In this document: piece after piece, positions 38,530 through 49,620 of the stretch
Layout: each line of letters opens with the position of its first letter
How positions within the stretch are numbered: the stretch's first letter is position 1
Source of the DNA: Atractiella rhizophila
Taxonomy: Eukaryota
Direction of reading: 5' to 3'
DNA length: 49,620 nucleotides
NCBI GenBank assembly: GCA_021432655.1
Contig: MU271530.1
Coordinates: 1-49,620, forward strand
Position numbers and translations under genes: made by a program
Notes under the pieces: model-generated
The model's input: only the letters and a program-made list of their open reading frames with translations
Database searches by the model: none
What the model was told of the DNA's origin: nothing

Positions 38530-41500
38530 ATGGCCTTCGCGCAACCTCACGATCCCTTTGATACTCATCTCGAGGGAGCATCACAATACTCGTTCAGCGC
38601 GCTCGAGGTCGAAACCCAGCACTCCCACCTTCATCCAGGAACAAGCACTTCCGCATCCGTTGTGAACGCCAAATTGGATGAGGAGGCGGAAGGAGAGGAG
38701 GAGTATGAGAGAATTTTGGAAGACTTGAGTAGGGTGAGAGAGGTGGAGGAGGAAAAAGAATGGGCTTGTTCGTACGTTCTTTCCTTTTTGCGTTTGATTT
38801 CCCTGTCTGTCAGCAGAGAGGTTAGTGATAACGCTCGGAGGAATGCGTTGAACATGAAAGCGTTTTTCCTGGCGATGAGCTTCACTTAAAGCTGGCAGTT
38901 TCAGCATCAGACCTTCATTCCCTCTTATTTTGAAGCGTAACCGTTGAGGTAGCTGTTCACCTCTTGTGGTATCAGCCTTTGTTTTGACTTGCGGTACATA
39001 GTTGTTGAGTGCTCTTTTATCGAAACTGTATCATGAGATGCAGATTGAGCCACTCATACCATTTAACCAGTCTTCAAGCACTGGTGTCCTATGTACTAAT
39101 TATTCAGCTGGTTATAAAGCACTTCTGGATCTGCGCCCATGACAGAATGAGGACATGATGCGATGAGCATCATGGTCAAACTGAAAGACTCTGGATGATC
39201 CTTCGCTGTCCCACAATGCAAGGTGATAGAACGTTGTAATGAAGCATCTGTCGCGTTGACGGAAAGGAGATGTGCCACCATTAGAGCAAGTTTGAGAGGA
39301 TATATGATTGCTTGAATTTATGTCATGAATTAGGCAATTGTGGCCCAACCTGCTTTTCCTTACCACAGCATTTCTCTCCCTTCGAGAGTTGTGCATAATC
39401 TCCTCATGCATATCAGAATCGGACAAATGTCTCTGTTTCGCTCGAAGACACTTTCAACGTCGTGAAACAATATCGGTAATGGCGTGCAAGAAGTCCTCGT
39501 GCAACCTGCGAATCTCTGTAGGGTCTTTGATATGGCAGCATTTAGCTTCATGTGAATACTTTGACATATTATGCATGCGCATTGGACTTCATGGGGGAAT
39601 TACTACTCATTCATTGCTGAAATCTTGGGTCTACCGTATGAAGGAACGAGGTGACGGCGACTTCCTCAACTGTGTAGGCACATTAAGCCTCACGAGAATA
39701 TCATTGTTATCACATAATAACACTACCAAAGCGTTTGCTGACCACACCATTAGCTATTGCGGCTTGTCGTCACCTTCCGCCGTCTTGAAGTGTCTCATCT
39801 GCAACAAGTGGTTCTGCAACTCAAAGACTCCATCGAGCTCTACGAATTCCTCCCACATCATCAATCATTTGGTGCGGTCCAAGCATAAAGAAGTCACCTT
39901 GCACAGCGAAAGTCCTCTAGGGGAAACAACGCCGGAATGTTACTCTTGCGGCCAGAAAAATGTTTTTGTTTTGGGATTCATTCCCGCAAAGAGCGAAACA
40001 GTTGTGGTTCTGCTGTGCCGGTAAGCTTAATTTCAGTAGCAAGCTGTTGCTCATTGGATGCAGTCAACCCTGCGCGAGCCTTCAATCGAGCAGAGACATT
40101 GTTTGGGATACCTCGCAGTGGTCTCCTTTGATCGAGGACCGACAGTTCCTCTCCTGGCTTGTCAAGGTACAGATCAATCAATTTTACTTGCAGCCTTTTT
40201 GTTGACCTTCACCTCTAGGTCCCGAATCCGTTGCCGCCTACTCTAAGGAGCTTTACCTTTCAACAAGTGACGAAGCTTGAAGAAATGTGGAAGGATGGTG
40301 ATACGAAAGTCAGAATTACAGACATCGATTCAAAAGGTTTGGTTCTGCCTTTGCCACATCTGCATGCTGAGCATGAAGCAGGTGAAAGGATCACACCATT
40401 GACTGGCAAGGGAAAGAGGAAGGATGGAGACGAGGAAGAGGAAGAACTGCAGACCGTCCTTTTGAGATATGAAGACGCATACCAGTATCAGAACATTTTC
40501 GGGCCACTCGTCAAAATCGAAGCTGATTACGATAAGAAATTGAAGGAAAGTCAGGGGGAAGAAAATATAGTGGTGCGCTCCTTCTTAACTTGCGATCGAT
40601 TATCCCATTGATGAGAAAAGTAGATTCGGTGGGATATGGGTCTCAATCAGAAACGACTAGCGTATTTTGTACTTCCTAAGCTCGAATCTGGCGAGGTTCG
40701 TTTGGCGGTGGGAGATGAAATGCGACTTCGTTTTAATGGAGAGGGTCGAAAGTGGGAGGGAGTTGGACACGTTATCAAGGTTCCTAACAGTAAGCATCCA
40801 TCTGGCATGCCTTAATTGCTAACATTTCACAGATGTTTCCGATGAGATCTGCGTGGAGCTGCGTCGTTCCGACAACCCTACATCCACTTCCTCCCATTTA
40901 AATCCTGCGCACAACATTCCCGTAGAGCACACATCTCCATTCAGCGCCGAGTTTGTCTGGAAGTCCACTTCCTTTGATCGGATGCAACTGGCTATGAAAA
41001 CGTTTGCTGTGGATGAACAATCTGTATCGGGATTTATCTATCATAAGCTGATGGGGCACGACGATCAGAACAATGTAATGGCGATGATGGGACGCAACAT
41101 CATGCCCAAGCGAGTGTCAGCTCCGAATCTCCCGGATCTCAATCATAGCCAGGTCTATGCTGTCAAGTCGGTGCTCCAAAAACCGTTAAGTTTGATCCAG
41201 GTATCTAATAGAATCCTCGTCAACCGCAGATTTGACGCTATTACAGGGTCCTCCAGGGACGGGCAAGACAGTAACATCCGCTTCGATCGTCTACAATTTG
41301 TCGAAGATCAATGGCGGTCAAGTCCTAGTGTGTGCACCGAGTAATGTAGCCGTAGATCAGTTGACGGAGAAGATACACCAAACAGGACTTCGAGTAGTTC
41401 GACTGACTGCGAAAAGTCGTGAGGCGTTAGAAAGCAGTGTGTCTGCCTTAACCCTGCATGAACAGGTCAATATCTCTCAAGTTAAAGTGTTGTTTGTAAA

Positions 41501-43381
41501 CGCTGTGTCCAGGTTGCAAACAACGATGCCTACCCGGAGCTTCAGAAACTTATCCAGCTGAAGAACGAACAAGGCGAACTGTCTTCAGGGGATGAGAGGA
41601 AGTTCAAGGCTTTGACAAGGGCTTGCGAGCGGGAAATTCTCAATAACGCTCAAGTCATTTGCTGCACCTGCGTCGGCTGTGGAGACCCGAGGCTCAGTAA
41701 ACTCAAATTCAGAACAGTCCTTATTGATGAGGCTACTCAGGCAGTACGTTCCTCTCTTTCAGACTAAAACACGATCTGAGGGATGCTCAGACTGAGCCGG
41801 AATGTATGATTCCTTTGACATTCGGTGTGAAACAATTGGTCATGGTCGGAGGCAAGTCTTTAATAAGTTTGCACGTGTTCCTCACCATTCTTTAGATCAT
41901 TCGCAGTTGGGTCCAACCATCATGAACAAGAAAGCAGCTCGTGCAGGTCTCACCCAATCTCTGTTTGAGCGCCTTGTCATTTTGGGCAATCGACCCATCC
42001 GTCTTCAAGTTCAGTACCGAATGCACCCTTGCTTGTCCGAGTTCCCCTCGAACATGTTCTACGAAGGCACGCTTCAAAATGGCGTGACCGCTCCAGAGCG
42101 CTTGAAGAAGAACGTCGACTTTCCTTGGCCACAGCCAGCAACACCAATGTACTTCCACTGTAATCTTGGCCAAGAAGAAATCAGCTCCAGTGGGACGTCG
42201 TTCTTGAACAGGCAGGTCCATCTTGGGTCTTTGAGGTTTGCTAATGATACGGCGCAGGACTGAAGCGGCAAATGTCGAAAAGATCGTCACCCGTTTCTTC
42301 AAATCCGGCGTTATGCCAAATCAGATTGGCATAGTCACGCCGTATGAAGGCCAACGCTCATACATTGTTTCCTATATGCAGTTCAATGGAACACTGAAGA
42401 AGGAGCTATACAAAGAAATCGAAGTTGCCAGTGTGGATGCCTTTCAAGGAAGAGAGAAGGATTACATCATATTGAGCTGCGTCAGGAGCAATGAACATCA
42501 AGGCATCGGTTTCTTAAACGACCCGAGGAGATTGAATGTCGCTCTGACACGCGCGAAGTACGGCTTGGTTATCCTAGGCAATCCGAAGGTGCTGTCGAAG
42601 GTGCGAATACTTTCACTTTTGATTCACCACCGTCTAAACGACGTATTGTAGCATGCTCTATGGCATCATCTCCTCACTCACTATCGAGAAAGGAAGTGCC
42701 TTGTGGAAGGCCCTTTGAGCAATCTTCAACCGTCCATGATACATTTCAGTAAACCGAGAACTAACTACGGTCGCCACGACGGCATCACCAGGTTTGAAAG
42801 CAGTGCGAGGGAAGCGTTGGTTCCCACTAATGGTGTCAGCTGTGAGAGCCTTTTCGATGACGCTTGACATGCAACTTAAATGCCCTTAGCCGTGCGACAA
42901 CAACAAGCTCCTCCCAACCGCTTCGATCAGTCATTCTACAAAGCGCACGATGCAGTTGGGCAAATACCTTCTGATGTCCAATCGCTCCGTTCTCAGGCCA
43001 CCTACCGCTCTACTGGTATTCCATCCTTTTCCTCGGCTGCCTCAACTTTCTCGATGTCGTCCAGTGCGTATCTGAATGGAATCAGCAAAAAGTCGAACGT
43101 TTCGTACGCTGCATCGACCCTGTCGCAAGATCTGCTCTCCCAAGATCCAGATGTGGATGGAGCAGAAAGCGTCGTCGCGTTCTCGGAAAGCCAGGCGGAT
43201 AGATTGACGAACGGTGCTGCTGGAGGAGGAGTGAGGCGAGGTGCGGGAGCCAAAAAGGCGACTTTTGCAGAGATTGGGAGGAGTGGCAGGGAGGAGTACA
43301 AGAGTGGTTTGGATGACGACGACGATGGGACGAAGCAGCATTTACCCCGTCTCCAGCCATAGCAACGTTACCGATTTCTAA
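38530..43381 (+). CDS. UPF1: Regulator of nonsense transcripts 1, ATP-dependent RNA helicase
   Basis: CH domain (ACSYCG...CNKWFCN...[15 protein letters not shown]), [47 protein letters not shown]. The end is at 43362 as assembled, or 43381 if a 1-nt insertion is corrected. Confidence 0.97.
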
Positions 43382-43813
43382 CTTGCCTTGCCCCTGGACC
43401 TCACGCCTCTCGCTGCCTTGCCCACGATACCGGGTGATCTAACAGGCAATACCACAGCTCAACCTGTCACCAACGCTACTCGTCCCAAGTCGAGACTATA
43501 CTGAAGACAGCCATGCTGTCCATGATTTGGCCAACAAAGCTTTCTCCTACGTCATAGACTCGAATGGACACCCCCAGGACGAACGAGAGTTCGTGATGAT
43601 GTTGAGTTACGGACTTATGGAATGTCAAGAAGAGCGTCCGACTTGGTGAGAATATCAGCGTCAGCACAATACACTTATGCCTATTGATACATGCACAATG
43701 ACCATGCCTCATTCTTTCAGAAATGCAACCATTGTATTTGCCAGCAACAGCAACAGGATCTCTAAAATAATATTGTAGCAGCGTGAGGAGAAGAGAAATG
43801 CAGGGTTAAAAAT

Positions 43814-43885
43814 TGGAGAACTGGGGAATCGAACCCCAGACCTTTCGTATGCGAAACGAATGTTATACCACTAAACTAGCTCCCC
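43814..43885 (-). tRNA. tRNA-Ala (CGC)
   Basis: GGGGAGCTAGTTTAGTGGTATAACATTCGTTT-CGC-ATACGAAAGGTCTGGGGTTCGATTCCCCAGTTCTCCA, with the G3:U70 alanine identity pair. Confidence 0.95.
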
Positions 43886-44632
43886 GACAATAATGTCGTA
43901 CCATAGTCCACTTGTTTGTAGCACTAATAGTTTCGGCTCGCCAAGCCTGAAAATGAAAATGACACCTCTCTTCCTGCATACAGTACACGTTGCGAACGTG
44001 GCAATACGTATGTATTCCTTCTTTTTCCTCCTTCGAGTCTATTCTATTCTGTGCTGTCCGTCAATGTGCTCTTGCTGGAATATGTTGATCTCAGTATCTA
44101 TTCATGGTCTTCCCAAATTGCAACGACGTGTATCCAATCTGCTGCAATTCAGCGTCAAATCAATATTCACTATTGAATACCGGCAGTATTCACTGACGAG
44201 CTGATAGTATCTCTTCCTTATTTGGTTTGAATTGAACATCTGTGGACAGTTCATTCGTGACGTGGCAGAGGAGGCAGTTGGAAAGCAAGCCAGACGTTGG
44301 TGATTACATCGCTACTTCTCGACATATTGGCAAGAAAGATGGCCAATGTGATTGGTCCCTGTCAAGAGTACAAAAACTGCACACGAAACGTTTACTTCAC
44401 TGCCATGATGATACCAGTTGCAATAGACAGTAATGAGGACATTGATTGGATATTCATATGACGGACTGACAAACCGTCGGCGTAGTAGTGAAAATAGGAG
44501 CTGGTCTTCTCTTCCTTCGATTATTGTTCAGTTCAGCGTGTCTTTCGTTTGTTACATATCGGCATCTCCAGATAATCGACAAGTTCTGCTCAACTTTTGC
44601 AGGAATGGGCAATCGTGGGTCTGATACTGGAT

Positions 44633-45130
44633 ATGGCTCAAATCCTTCCTAACATTCAACTTGTCGTAGGTCTAACTCACAGCACATTCAAACTTGAAAT
44701 TCGTACACCGCTGCCTCCTTCATGCAGATTTTCAGACATCCTCCACATTTTACATGACCATGACACCATGATCCGCCTCAACCCCCTAGTCGTTGACCTA
44801 CGTCTTCTCCCTCAGGAGGAAGCTCATGATGGAAGGAAAGCCTACGAGGTTACGAACAAACAGAATTTTGGAACGGTCAAACATAAAGTGTTGTTTTGGG
44901 ACGAACGGAGAGGAGTAAGGATGCTGGCGCACGCGTCTATGGGCTTTATCAGTGATGCGACCTGGGTGGTCGAAAATGGAGCGGCGGGAGAACACGAGGA
45001 ACTCGTGCTGGTACAAGTGGCTACAATAACTTGCTCTCTATTTCTACGACCATTCGTACGACGAAGCATAACAAGGAGCCAGGACGATCTCGCGATACGA
45101 ATTGTAGACTTGTTGAGTGGTCCAAGTTGA
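44633..45130 (+). CDS. Small fungal protein, DUF7053/SRPBCC-like
   Basis: LPP...ILHDHDTMIRLNPLV...W...LV....ITCSLFLRPFVRR resembles the fungal DUF7053 family (recalled pattern). The start is uncertain. Confidence 0.65.
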   Translation: MAQILPNIQLVVGLTHSTFKLEIRTPLPPSCRFSDILHILHDHDTMIRLNPLVVDLRLLPQEEAHDGRKAYEVTNKQNFGTVKHKVLFWDERRGVRMLAHASMGFISDATWVVENGAAGEHEELVLVQVATITCSLFLRPFVRRSITRSQDDLAIRIVDLLSGPS

Positions 45131-45199
45131 GTAGATATGCTTTATTGTCCAAGTAATTATGCACCGTTTACATTACTGTACTAATAACCTCTACGACCG

Positions 45200-46600
45200 C
45201 TATCGCACTCCGGAGGACCGACTGTTTCTTCTGGAAACTCTTCCGCCCCAACCAACAGTCAACTCCTCCCCGTCCCTCCATTGTACCCCGTTCCCTCCGA
45301 ACCACCCTACGCTCCAGATGGGGAACGCCAACAATTCCCTCATCATCCAGATATGCCACTCGAGGCGAGCTTGATTCCGCTTTGGAGTACCTCGCTCTTC
45401 TTCCAACCGACTGAGGGTACCGAACATCGATTTATCGATCATGTACCAACCTGTGAGATGGAGGAAGAAAACGAAAATAAGCTGACTAGCAGAGAAGGAG
45501 CCCGGGAAGATCGAGGACAGAGAGAGTAAAAGGCAAAGACCAGCAACCAAAGACTCGGTAAATGGTTCCACAAGAGTAGACGCGGTAACCATGTACTTCC
45601 TGGCTCTTATCCACCTCAGCCTCCTATTCCAATATTCTCGCACCCCCATCTCTCCGACCACATTCAACGCCGCTATACCATCGATGAGCTGGTGCCGTAA
45701 CTTGAGAGGATGTCTATGCCAAAGCCCATGTCCAATCATATGATCCTCTCCCAAAAAATCTCCAAATGTTTCCAATCCCTTGCCTTCCCCAAGCACGGTT
45801 TGAAGATCGCTCTTCCAGAACATGTTGCTCTTCCCATTCAGACAGCTGTCAATCCGGTACCAGTTGATAGCAAGGTACATCTTCGCGTGTGCAGTGTTGA
45901 GAAAGGTAGCATCCAACTTCCCGCCAATTCCACTTGCGTGAAGACCATACGGGAGATGGTGAACCAGCCCAATAGCATGCTTCGGTCGGGAAGAGTGGGG
46001 AGATGGGAGGTATCGTACGCTTTTTAGGAGTGACAGAGGGTGTATGAGGACGTTAGAATCGAGGATCCATATAAGAGGATTTTTCGCTTGATCATACGCC
46101 GGAAGTAGGTTAGAAACTTTTGGGTTGAGGCAGATATTTTTCTCTATCGTCACTGGTCAGATTTTCTTAGAAAGAAGTAGATACGGCGAACCGGAAAATA
46201 CTATGCGTGCGTTTGACCCCGGGTGTCTCTCTAGAAGAGTTTTCACCACACTGACAGCCGCATCGTCTTTCGAAGAGATACAAAAAAGCACTTCGATCTT
46301 GTGCTTCGGGTACTGAAGTTGTAAGCAGCTCTCCAGGTTCGCATAAAGATTGTGGTCAACACCTGAAAGGGGACGCAGGATAGAGACCCCTGGAAGCTCT
46401 TCTTCTTCTTCTTTGGAGCTGCTGTGCGGCATTGGGTCATTGGGAGGTGTCGCATAGCGCTGGGCGAGTGGCAGAGCAAGGAGGTGAAGAGAGAGGATGA
46501 AGGCGTAAAATGTGATAAAAAGTAGACTGGAACATTAAAAATAAACTTTCAATCCATATGAATGCAGAAATATTTACCTGAGGACAACAGAGAAACCCAT
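45200..46600 (-). CDS. HSX11: Ceramide glucosyltransferase (GT21, glucosylceramide synthase)
   Basis: N-terminal TM, PGVSILRPLSGVD, NPKVSNL, WILDSNV, GKSNMF, FLGEDH, RRLRWIRARKY, TLVEPFTES. Confidence 0.92.
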
Positions 46601-47571
46601 CCTGCACTATCATAAAGGTCACGTGGTGTGTTTTCTCGAGCAAATATGTGCAGCAGTAACCAGAGGCGCCGGTAGCTCCTACAGACGTTCCAGTGATAAT
46701 ATACAACAGCTCACAAAAATCATCCACTACTCGTTTCCACCTTGCGTTCAACCATGTTCACATCCTCTAGTTCTCCCTTTAGTTTCCTCTTGTTTTCCGA
46801 CCGCTTGGTCTTCCAGTCTCCATCCACCATCTGGACGCATGATAAGCTGTCTTGTCAAGCATGCGTTCAAGTGCTGTTTAGCTGCCCTACCTGGGAAGAG
46901 TGACTTAATGGGGGATTGAGGGAACTGATGGCCTAAAGTGTGAGCTCTGTTGCAGTCTGTTGAGTAGCTGGGCAACAAGTTGTATTTTGTTGCAGACTGA
47001 CCCCTTGACTGTCACGTTACTTACTCCCTATCCAAGGGTTCAGATTATTTTTTTGGTCTGGTGCAAGGCATTCACATACAACCCTCTGCGAGATTGAATG
47101 CTAACGAAGTGGACAATCACCCTGAGATGTGGGGCTGGCATATGCTGGTCTTGGTTGTCATTCAGAATGTCACATCATTGTTGGGTCATTGAGCACTTGG
47201 GTATACCTTTGAATTTGGATAAGAGCTTTGGTATTGTTGCTCACTGCTCGTAGAACAGCCGTCCTGCAAAGCTGCCTCTTCTGACGGCCACGGAAGCGAC
47301 CCTCTCGCAGGGAGGCAACCAATTAGAGCGTGCATAACTGGTGTTATTATAGAAATTTCAATGAACCAGTGGATCTGTTTGTCAAACTCCACCAAACAAC
47401 GGTTGGGCAATCTTGCATCATGCAGAGTTGGTGAAATTTCCAGCGATCGCAATGTCAACTTGTCATCGCGGTCAATCGACCAGTAGATCCCGGTGGTGCC
47501 TGAGTGAAGGCTTAAGTGGCTGGAACGAACATCTGCCACCTGATGGTCGCATCAAGACCGTCTCACTAGGT

Positions 47572-48981
47572 ATGGAGGACGACAAGTCAAAGCATAGAGA
47601 TTTCGCTCCTCTCATCGAGTTCTCTGATTCATACACAGAATCTCCATCGTCCAATGATTTGACAGAGACCATCCTCCCACATCGAACACTTCCTCGCCTC
47701 AGTTCTTCTTCCTCTGAATCCATTGCTCCACCCGCTAGCTCTCCTTCAACTCCAGCTAGTGCAGCGAGCGTAGCACCACCATTTCCTACCCCAGCCGACG
47801 CGGGAGAGGACCCATTTCGTTTTAGCACCTCGAACATTCAGAAGCAGAGCCAGACTATAGCTGCGAGTGCAAATGTGACAGAAATGACTGAGCAGCAGAA
47901 ACATCAAAGTGATGCTCTGGCTTCACCTCAGCTTCAAACTGCCCATAAGAGGACCGATAGCGTTGGAACGGTTCGGGAAAACGACGCCGTTTACTTTCCA
48001 CTCGACCAGAAATCTTGGGTTCACGAGGAAGTAGTAGGGATTGTCGCTACCGATGGCAGGGAATTCATTTGCAACACCCTTATTTTTCATCCCTCAAGAC
48101 CTTTGAGCGAACTGTCGAAGGGAAAGGCTGCAATAGAAATTCCTTACCCCTCAGACGTTGTGCTAGCCATCCTGAACTTTCTACACGGACGGAAAACGGG
48201 TATCCTCGAGGACGCGTTGAAACCTGAATTCCTTGTTGGCTTGTGCAAAGCCGCGAGTGAATACGAGTTGGAAGGATTGGTGGATATGCTTCAGTTCGTC
48301 ATCAAGTCCGTCCTCTTTATCTTAGACTTTATCTCCTCGTTGACGCGCTGCCTTTACAAAGGCACAACCTCGCCTCGATGCGGACATTCAACGAGGCCAT
48401 CAATTTCTATCTCATCGGCGTCACGCTGAAGGACGAGGAGTTGATCACGAGCGCCTCTCGAAAAGCCTTTTCTTTCGACACGAGAGGCGACAGTCTCCAG
48501 TCTTTCCTTTCTGATGATCTCAAAGCTTGGGGCGGAAGCTCGGCCCACCGTAATGCGCTATACATTCTAGTGCGGACCTTTGTTTCCCCCTTCATCACCT
48601 GTTGAGGAGAGCTTGGAATAGTTTTACCACATTCGGTCGCGTTACAGCTCGAAGCTGGAGGCTGCGATAGAGCTATGTTATCGTCTAACAACGAAGAAGA
48701 TCCAGTTTCACTACAAGACGAGGAAGGACGAGGCTCTAACCCCAAGGGTGGAATGTGATCAAAGGGCTTGGGAGAAGTGGGCGTCCACCGTCATGAGCTT
48801 GGTGCAGAGCAACAGGTTACCGTACGATTCATTCGTGGCGACTATCAAGAATGAGTTCGAGGAGACAAAATGTCATGTGTGTGACCCACGGCTCAGTGTG
48901 ATAGTAGGAGAGACGGCGTTCAGTTGGAATGAGAGGAAGCGAACAGCCAGGACGTGCGTTTCGTTGAGTGACTTGTGCTGA
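47572..48981 (+). CDS. BTB/POZ-like domain protein with Ser/Pro-rich N-terminus
   Basis: IVATDGREFIC...IEIPYPSDVVLAILNFLH...LCKAASEYELE pattern and a C-terminal Cys-containing region (ECDQRAW...CHVC). Multi-exon. Confidence 0.65.
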
Positions 48982-49107
48982 ATATGCATGCAGACCGTTG
49001 TTTGTACCCTCCTTTGGTGTAATCGTCTACAGAGAACTGCGAGTATAATCTATCGCCATGTTTATAGGGAATCCCGCGGGAAAAGAGATAATGTACCAAA
49101 AGACAAT

Positions 49108-49620
49108 CTACATCTTGGCTCCCTGATACTGACGCTCATCCGCTTCTACCACTCCATCCTCGAAATGCTCTTCCACCATCTCGAAATCCCAATGCCTCTA
49201 ATACTCAGGAAATAAGTCAATAATTAATAACCGGGAAGTTAAGTTAAAGTTAAAGGCTCACCTCTTCGCCCAGCCGTAAATGTGAGCAGTCCCCGTTCCT
49301 CACCATCTTCCATCTACCTTCTTCGAATTCATACTGTCCCAAACTAGCACACCCGGCTCTCACTTCCGCAGAAGGATCACCAGTCAATGCACGAGAAAGA
49401 GCGATTACTGTTGCGGCGTGAGACGATATGAGGATTGTGTCAACGTTTTCGCAAATGGGTAGGAGGAGGTCGAAGAATTGAGAGGCACGAGAATGCAGCT
49501 CTTGGATTGTTTCACCTACAGCAGGATTGTTTAGCACGCGCAGTAAGCGGCATTATAGGAGAGGATGTACCTCGCTGAGGGGGCAATAAAACGGTGTCGT
49601 GAGTTGTGGAGATAGAGGGA
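49108..49620 (-). CDS. Histidine phosphatase / phosphoglycerate mutase family protein (Tfc7-like), 5'-partial
   Basis: GETIQELHSR...ILISSHAATVIALSRALTG...AGCASL...NGDCSHL..GEE|RHWDF. Confidence 0.8.

Noticed and set aside
39140..39200. Box C/D-like words (ATGATG...CTGA) in the UPF1 long intron
   Set aside because: No canonical RUGAUGA box, terminal stem or recognisable rRNA guide by eye. An Infernal scan would be needed.
39338..39753. 5' extension of the 228-aa ORF as UPF1 coding sequence
   Set aside because: Only the part after the acceptor at 39753 matches Upf1. The upstream part is intronic read-through.

Overview
Intron-rich, gene-dense fungal nuclear DNA from a draft assembly with two N-gaps. 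Most introns are about 45-60 nt, and the protein features suggest a basidiomycete (inference). Housekeeping genes: CSN1 (5'-partial), MIF2/CENP-C, KRE6/SKN1, DIM1, BPL1, a LisH/CTLH/CRA protein, PRP9, a palmitoyl-protein thioesterase, a P-loop ATPase, an amino-acid permease, UPF1, a ceramide glucosyltransferase and a histidine phosphatase (partial). There are two tRNA genes, Tyr-GUA with an intron and Ala-CGC. Accessory-type genes include an F-box/LRR protein, a BVMO, a BTB protein and a locally expanded family of cyanamide-hydratase-like HD metalloenzymes. The main observations are: (i) the HD-hydrolase cluster has altered active-site residues and an A / B-A / B layout resembling unequal crossing-over; (ii) CENP-C carries a duplicated N-terminal kinetochore motif and a non-canonical CENP-C motif; (iii) the first UPF1 intron is about 980 nt and contains a candidate frameshifting micro-exon; (iv) a CTLH domain is split by a large insertion; (v) there are four GC-AG introns. 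All exon structures were inferred by eye and no database searches were run.
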